DNA of 64,000 nt from NCBI GenBank assembly GCA_965232515.1, contig CBDDPY010000002.1, forward strand, positions 7,136,001 to 7,200,000, given 5' to 3'. Position numbers and translations under genes: made by a program. The stretch is from Alphaproteobacteria bacterium. Lineage in GTDB: Bacteria; Pseudomonadota; Alphaproteobacteria; GCA-2731375. The number at the start of each line of letters is the position of its first letter. The first letter of the stretch is position 1. The notes under the pieces were generated by a model. The model was not told the origin of the DNA and searched no databases. It was given only the letters and a program-made list of their open reading frames with translations. Shown piece after piece: positions 58,568 through 64,000 of this stretch.

Positions 58568-58581
58568 TTGACATTCATCAA
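58568..58581. promoter_or_regulatory. Fnr-like box TTGAC-ATTC-ATCAA upstream of the acyl-CoA ligase
   Basis: 9/10 match to TTGAT-N4-ATCAA. Confidence 0.7.
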
Positions 58582-58624
58582 TGCCGTGCGTGTCGATGCG
58601 CACATCATCCTGGCATGACCCATA

Positions 58625-60547
58625 ATGCATCGATGGGGTGCCGGCGTGCGCACGGTCGCCAGTCTCGCAGTCCGAAACGACCGCGCCCCCGATCTTGACG
58701 GCAGGTCTGGCGAGCCGCAGAAGGCGTCGCTCGCGCCCCATGTCATCGGCTGCGCGCAAGCCGAGACGTTGCCGACGCTCTTCGCGTTGCGTGTCGCGCG
58801 AACGCCGGATGCTGTGGCTTACATCGACTACGATGCCGCCGCCGGTGGCTGGCGCCGGCATAGCTGGCGGTCAATGTCGGCGCGGGTGGCGCGGTGGCGT
58901 CAGGGGTTTCTGCGGGAAGGACTGCAGCCGGGGGATCGGGTTGCCGTAGCGTTGCCGAACGGCATCGACTGGGTCTGCTTCGATCTGGCGGCGTTATCGC
59001 TTGGCCTGGTCGTCGTGCCGCTCTACCTGTCGGACTCGCCCGGCAACATGGCCTATATCCTCGCCGATTCCGGCGCCACGCTGTTGCTGATGGATTCGCA
59101 GGCGACATGGTGTGCGCTGACCCCGCATCGCGATGGGTTTCCCGATCTCGGGCGCGTGCTGTGCGCCGCCGGGCCGGTCACACCCACCGCGGAGGCGGGA
59201 TTGCTGCGAAGCCTGGCCGACTGGCTGCCGGACGAAGGTGCGGCAAGCAACGGGCCCGAGATCGGCGCTGACGACCTCGCGACAATTGTCTACACGTCGG
59301 GCACAACCGGCCGGCCCAAGGGGGTGATGCTGTCGCATCGCAATCTGCTGTGGGACGCCGAGGCCGTGGCCCGAAACGTTACGCCGTCGCCTGACGACAT
59401 CTTCCTCTCCTTTCTGCCGCTCACCCATTGCTTCGAGCGCACGCTCGGCTACTACCTGCCGATGATGGCGGGATCGTCCGTCGCCTATGCCCGGTCGATC
59501 GAGACGTTGGTTGAGGATCTGGGCGCGGTCCGACCGACGGTGATGCTGTCCGTCCCTCGCGTCTATGAACGTGCGTTCGCGGCGATCCAAGAGCGCATCG
59601 CCAGCAGCCGGTGGCAGCGCATGTTGCTGGACCGGGCGATTGCGGCCGGATGGCGGCGGTTCGAAGTGAGTCGCGGTCGCGCCGACCCGGCATCGTGGCG
59701 ACAGCGTCTGGAATGGTGGTTGCTGCGTCGTCTGGTCGCCGATCGGATTCTGAACCGGTTCGGTGGCCGGCTTCGCGTCGCCGTCAGCGGCGGCGCACCC
59801 TTGCCCGAACGGGTGGCGCGGTTCTTCCTGGCCCTGGGCCTGCCGGTCGTCGAGGGCTATGGCCTGACCGAGGCGGCGCCGTCCGTTACCGGCAACAGTC
59901 TGGACGATAACGTCCCCGGCTCGGTGGGCCCGCCGCTGCCGGGCATCGAGGTGCGGCTGGGGCCGGATGACGAATTGCTGGTAAAGGCGCCGAGCGTCAT
60001 GCTGGGCTATTGGCGACGGCCGGAGGATACCCGCGCCGCGATTGATCGGGACGGTTGGCTGCATACAGGCGATACGGCCGAGATCCGGGAGGGGCGGGTC
60101 TACATTCGCGGCCGCCGGAAGGACATTTTGGTGATGTCGACCGGGGAGAAGGCGGCGCCCGGCGACCTGGAAGCGGCGATCCAGCTCGATCCGCTGTTCG
60201 ACCAGGTCATCGTCGTCGGTGAAGGGCGGCCGTATCTCGCCGCGATTGCCGTGTTGAACCGGACGCAGTGGCGCAGACTTGCCGCCGACCACGGGTTGAC
60301 GCCGGACGACCCGGCGGCGCTGTCGAAACCGGCGGTGGTCAATGTCGCCGTGGCGCGCATGGCGGCCGTGCTGACATCGTTTCCGTCTCACGCGCAAATC
60401 CGTGCGATCAGGCTTTTGCGCGACCCGTGGACGATCGGCGACGGACTGCTGACTCCGACCATGAAAGTGAAGCGCGCACAGGTCGAGGCGCGGCATGCCG
60501 CCGATATCGAGGCTTTGTATGCCGGCCACGAAACGCCGGTTTGTTGA
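58625..60547 (+). CDS. fadD: Long-chain fatty acyl-CoA synthetase
   Basis: YTSGTTGRPKG, FLPLTHCFER, GYGLTE, WLHTGD and LTPTMKVKR. The start is uncertain. Confidence 0.88.
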   Translation: MHRWGAGVRTVASLAVRNDRAPDLDGRSGEPQKASLAPHVIGCAQAETLPTLFALRVARTPDAVAYIDYDAAAGGWRRHSWRSMSARVARWRQGFLREGLQPGDRVAVALPNGIDWVCFDLAALSLGLVVVPLYLSDSPGNMAYILADSGATLLLMDSQATWCALTPHRDGFPDLGRVLCAAGPVTPTAEAGLLRSLADWLPDEGAASNGPEIGADDLATIVYTSGTTGRPKGVMLSHRNLLWDAEAVARNVTPSPDDIFLSFLPLTHCFERTLGYYLPMMAGSSVAYARSIETLVEDLGAVRPTVMLSVPRVYERAFAAIQERIASSRWQRMLLDRAIAAGWRRFEVSRGRADPASWRQRLEWWLLRRLVADRILNRFGGRLRVAVSGGAPLPERVARFFLALGLPVVEGYGLTEAAPSVTGNSLDDNVPGSVGPPLPGIEVRLGPDDELLVKAPSVMLGYWRRPEDTRAAIDRDGWLHTGDTAEIREGRVYIRGRRKDILVMSTGEKAAPGDLEAAIQLDPLFDQVIVVGEGRPYLAAIAVLNRTQWRRLAADHGLTPDDPAALSKPAVVNVAVARMAAVLTSFPSHAQIRAIRLLRDPWTIGDGLLTPTMKVKRAQVEARHAADIEALYAGHETPVC

Positions 60548-60557
60548 TGGAGGTCAA
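60544..60557. promoter_or_regulatory. Fnr-like box TTGAT-GGAG-GTCAA upstream of the DUF2267 gene
   Basis: 9/10 match; overlaps the fadD stop codon. Confidence 0.62.
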
Positions 60558-60625
60558 GTTCGTCGGCGTCGGGGTGACTATGCTGGACGAACGACAACGC
60601 CGCGAAGCCGACAGGACGGGAACGC

Positions 60626-61066
60626 TTGCGACAACCAGGCAACAGCGGAGAGCGGGAGATCTTTGGCGCCGCCATGACAGACGCGGCGGACTGGGTCGAC
60701 GATCTGCTGGACCGGTTGGACTGGCGGCACAGGGAAACGGCCTTGCTGGCGCTGCGCGCGACCTTGCAGACGTTGCGCGACCACTTGCCCGTCGACGAGG
60801 CCGTGAATCTTGGCGGTGAACTGCCGCTGGTTTTGCGCGGTCTCTACTACGACGGCTGGCATCCGGCGACCAAACCGCTGGCGTTGCCGGACCGGCAGAC
60901 GTTCCTCGAGCGGGTCCATGCCGGCATGCACCGCGATCCGGGCATCGATGCGGAACAGGTCGTGCGCGGTGTCTTCGCCCTGCTGTCCGAGCGGATCAGC
61001 GATGTCGAAATTCAGGGCGTAAAGGTCGTTCTGCCGGAGACGCTGCGGGGGCTTTGGCCCGACTGA
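60626..61066 (+). CDS. DUF2267-family protein
   Basis: ALRATLQTLRDHL...LPLVLRGLYYDGW...LRGLWP. Confidence 0.8.
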   Translation: MRQPGNSGEREIFGAAMTDAADWVDDLLDRLDWRHRETALLALRATLQTLRDHLPVDEAVNLGGELPLVLRGLYYDGWHPATKPLALPDRQTFLERVHAGMHRDPGIDAEQVVRGVFALLSERISDVEIQGVKVVLPETLRGLWPD

Positions 61067-61081
61067 AACAGCGAAACCCCG

Positions 61082-61095
61082 TTGACGTGGGTCAA
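61082..61095. promoter_or_regulatory. Fnr-like box TTGAC-GTGG-GTCAA upstream of nfeD
   Basis: Perfect TTGAC-N4-GTCAA. The ORF-track start at 61082 is probably too far upstream. Confidence 0.68.
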
Positions 61096-62551
61096 CGCGC
61101 GATGCCGTCGGCCGCGCAGAAGATCGCATGTGCCTATTTGCTGTCGTCAACGACCGCCAACCGAGCGCCCATTCGGACGCGCTCGGCGCTTCGCGACGTC
61201 CGTCGGCTGGCTGCCCGGTGCTCTGTTGCTGACCGGCCTGTTGATCTTGGGGCTGGGCGCACCGCTCGGCGCGCAGAATGACCGGACGGCCGTACTGCTC
61301 GATCTGAAGGGACCAATCGGACCGGCACTGAGCGATTATGTCCGGCGTGGCTTGGCGAAGGCGCAGGACCGCAACGCGACCGTCGTGGTGCTGCGTATCG
61401 ATACGCCCGGCGGGCTCGACGCCTCGATGCGCGAGATCGTCCAGGACATTCTGGCATCGCCGATACCGATCGTGGGCTACGTGACGCCGAGCGGCGCGCG
61501 TGCCGCCAGCGCCGGTACCTACATCCTCTACGCCACGCATATCGCCGCCATGGCGCCGGGCACCAATCTGGGCGCGGCGACGCCGGTCCAGATCGGGGCG
61601 CCGCGCAGCCCGTTTCCATTGCCGCGCGGCGGCGACGAGGAAACCGAGCGCGACGATGCGGAAAAGCCGCCTGCCATGGAAGAGAAGGCGATCAGCGACG
61701 CCATCGCCTACATCCGCAGTCTGGCTCAACTTCGGGGCCGCAATGTCGAGTGGGCAGAGCGCGCCGTACGCGAGGCCGCCAGCCTGTCGGCGGCGGACGC
61801 GCTGGAGATGGGCGTGATCGACCTGGTGGCGGAAAGCCTCGGCGTGCTGTTCGAGCGTTTGAATGGTCGGACCGTGGCGCTCGCCGACGGCGACCGGACA
61901 CTCGAGACGGTGCCGATCACGATTCACGCCATCGAGCCGGACTGGCGCACCGAGCTGCTGGCCGTCATCACCAATCCGAACGTCGCGCTGCTGCTGATGT
62001 TGCTCGGCTTCTACGGCATCGTGCTCGAATTCTACAACCCCGGCATGATCTTTCCGGGCGTGATCGGCGCCATCAGTCTGCTGCTGGCGCTCTATGCGCT
62101 GCAGGTCCTGCCCGTCAACTACGTGGGCCTGGCGCTGATGCTGCTCGGCCTCGGGCTGATGCTGGCCGAAGTCTTCTATCCGGGCTTCGGCGCGCTCGGG
62201 CTGGGGGGCGTCGCCGCCTTCGTCATCGGCTCGATTATGCTGCTGGAGACCGACGTGCCGGGCTTCGGCGTGTCCCGGCTGCTGATCGGCAGCATCGCCG
62301 GCATCAGCGCCGGCGGGTTCCTGCTGTTGCTGATGTTCCTGATGCGATCGCGACGCCGCGTGCCGGTGACGGGCATGGAGGAGATGATCGGCAGCGGCGG
62401 CGAAGTGATCGACTGGACCGGCGACATGGGACACGTGCGGGTGCACGGCGAAGTCTGGCGCGCGTCGGCGGACGAAACCCTGGCGCCGGGCGCGCCGGTG
62501 CGGGTCGAGCGGATCGACGGCCTGACGCTGGTCGTCCGGCCTGCCGCCTAA
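61082..62551 (+). CDS. nfeD: NfeD long-form membrane serine protease (true start probably further downstream)
   Basis: [25 protein letters not shown], a TM bundle and a C-terminal OB fold (HGEVWRA). Confidence 0.88.
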   Translation: MTWVNARCRRPRRRSHVPICCRQRPPTERPFGRARRFATSVGWLPGALLLTGLLILGLGAPLGAQNDRTAVLLDLKGPIGPALSDYVRRGLAKAQDRNATVVVLRIDTPGGLDASMREIVQDILASPIPIVGYVTPSGARAASAGTYILYATHIAAMAPGTNLGAATPVQIGAPRSPFPLPRGGDEETERDDAEKPPAMEEKAISDAIAYIRSLAQLRGRNVEWAERAVREAASLSAADALEMGVIDLVAESLGVLFERLNGRTVALADGDRTLETVPITIHAIEPDWRTELLAVITNPNVALLLMLLGFYGIVLEFYNPGMIFPGVIGAISLLLALYALQVLPVNYVGLALMLLGLGLMLAEVFYPGFGALGLGGVAAFVIGSIMLLETDVPGFGVSRLLIGSIAGISAGGFLLLLMFLMRSRRRVPVTGMEEMIGSGGEVIDWTGDMGHVRVHGEVWRASADETLAPGAPVRVERIDGLTLVVRPAA

Positions 62552-62568
62552 CGGAAGGACACGAAGCC

Positions 62569-63351
62569 ATGGCCTGGGTTATCAACGATTTGCTGATCGT
62601 GATTGTCGTTCTGCTGCCGCTTCTGTTGTTGCTCTATTCGCTCAAAATTTTGCGCGAGTACGAGCGCGGCGTTGTGTTCCTGCTCGGCCGGTTCTGGAAG
62701 GTGAAGGGCCCGGGCCTGGTGATCATCGTGCCGGTGATCCAGCAGATGGTCCGCGTCGATCTGCGCACGCGCGTGCACGACGTGCCGGAGCAGGATGTGA
62801 TCTCGCGCGACAACGTCTCGGTGAAGGTCAATGCGGTGGTCTATTTCCGGGTGCTGGATGCGCAGAAATCGATCCTGCAGGTCGAGGACTTCATGGCCGC
62901 GACCAGTCAGCTTGCCCAGACCACGCTGAGGTCGGTGTTGGGGCAGCACGATCTCGACGAAATGCTGGCCGAGCGCGAGCGGTTGAACAAGGATATCCAA
63001 CGCATCCTCGACGAACAGACGGACGCCTGGGGCATTAAGGTCTCGAACGTCGAGCTGAAGCATGTCGACCTGGACGAGAGCATGATCCGGGCCATCGCCA
63101 AGCAGGCCGAGGCCGAGCGGGTCCGCCGCGCCAAGGTGATCGACGCCGCGGGCGAGGCGCAGGCGGCCGAGAAGTTCCTGGAAGCGGCGGAAATTCTGTC
63201 GGCTCGGCCGCAGGCGCTGCAGCTGCGCTACTTGACGACGCTGCACGCCATTGCCGGCGACCGAAGCTCGACCGTCGTCTTTCCGTTCCCGATGGAGCTG
63301 ATGCAGGCCTTCGGATCGTTCCGGCCCGTCGCGGCGGCCGGCGATGACTGA
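62569..63351 (+). CDS. SPFH/stomatin (slipin) family protein
   Basis: [34 protein letters not shown] and ALQLRYL; the classic nfeD-slipin pair. Confidence 0.92.
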   Translation: MAWVINDLLIVIVVLLPLLLLLYSLKILREYERGVVFLLGRFWKVKGPGLVIIVPVIQQMVRVDLRTRVHDVPEQDVISRDNVSVKVNAVVYFRVLDAQKSILQVEDFMAATSQLAQTTLRSVLGQHDLDEMLAERERLNKDIQRILDEQTDAWGIKVSNVELKHVDLDESMIRAIAKQAEAERVRRAKVIDAAGEAQAAEKFLEAAEILSARPQALQLRYLTTLHAIAGDRSSTVVFPFPMELMQAFGSFRPVAAAGDD

Positions 63352-63367
63352 CGGGGGTCGGTAGTTC

Positions 63368-64000
63368 CTAGGAGCGCGCGGGTTTCGGTGTCAGGAAGGC
63401 GACCACGACAGTGGCGACGATGGCGCCGAGGACCAGCAGCACGACCGTCGATAGGTCGTCCAGCAGTGACGGCGCCAGCAGCAGGACCAGCCCCAGACCC
63501 GCCATCATCAGGCCCGACAACAGCTTCAGGATGCGGCCCTCGCGTTCGCTCAGCTTGCGCGCGCCCAGGGTGACGACAAAGGCGATCACGATCATCAGCA
63601 TCGGCAAGACGTAGATCAGGTTGTAGAGGCCGAGATAGCCGTAGTAGCCGCCTGTCGACAAATCGCGCAGCGTGACAATGCGCGTGAACACCAAGGGGAA
63701 GCCGGCCGTGCACAGGAGCTCGTAGCTGTTCGCGGCGATCGCCAGCGTAACCGTGCCGAGAAGCATCGCCGGCAGCGTCGACGCGCCGACCAGGCCGCGC
63801 ATCCGGCGGAAGAGCCCCGGCTTCGCCGCGCTTGGGATCGACAGCGAAGGACCGGTGGAGAACCAGAAGAAGTCCTTGATGTTGAGGCTCGCAAGGACCA
63901 GCGCGATAAGACCGGCCGCCACCGTCACCAGACGCATGCCACCGATTACCTGGAACAGGTTGAGCCAGGCGGCCATGAAGGCGAAATAGATCAGGCCCGA
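63368..64000 (-). CDS. Membrane protein of the thioredoxin/glutaredoxin-fused DsbD/CcdA-like family (partial, runs off the right edge)
   Basis: Multi-TM; FMAAWLN, NIKDFF, YELLCTAGFP and GRILKLLSG. Confidence 0.65.
   Translation of the reverse strand, partial: SGLIYFAFMAAWLNLFQVIGGMRLVTVAAGLIALVLASLNIKDFFWFSTGPSLSIPSAAKPGLFRRMRGLVGASTLPAMLLGTVTLAIAANSYELLCTAGFPLVFTRIVTLRDLSTGGYYGYLGLYNLIYVLPMLMIVIAFVVTLGARKLSEREGRILKLLSGLMMAGLGLVLLLAPSLLDDLSTVVLLVLGAIVATVVVAFLTPKPARS

Overview
This GC-rich bacterial window most likely comes from an alphaproteobacterium, an inference from the RpoH, Fnr/FixK-type boxes and Rhodopseudomonas/Magnetospirillum-like aromatic genes. It has five blocks. (1) 1-8.3 kb: a sugar/polyol ABC transporter, a SAF-domain oxidoreductase, a 2-oxoacid/acetoin dehydrogenase E1a/E1b/E2 with no E3, and a SorC-type regulator. 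(2) 8.4-29.3 kb: an anaerobic aromatic-degradation island with a BadM-like Rrf2 repressor, three GNATs, RidA, a ferritin-like protein, korAB, dch-bcrCBAD-fdx, a hemerythrin, and a thioesterase-padBCD-hcrCAB run. Four copies of a 24-bp palindrome (TCGTAWT-N3-GTAC-N3-AATACGA) sit at its promoters. (3) 29.3-43 kb: a periplasmic formate dehydrogenase operon with many accessory genes. (4) 43.2-51.6 kb: a tandem pair of atypical YrdC/TsaC genes, and an uncharacterised glycosidase / GT4 / AlkP-EEP / CheR operon. (5) 51.7-64 kb: a low-oxygen island with a Cys-containing Fnr-type regulator and eight Fnr/FixK-like boxes in front of ppsA, hsp20, an Lpp/OprI-like lipoprotein, fadD, DUF2267, nfeD-SPFH and the glycosidase operon. 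No rRNA, tRNA, CRISPR array or mobile element was recognised. All product calls come from motif and family recognition by eye; no searches were run.
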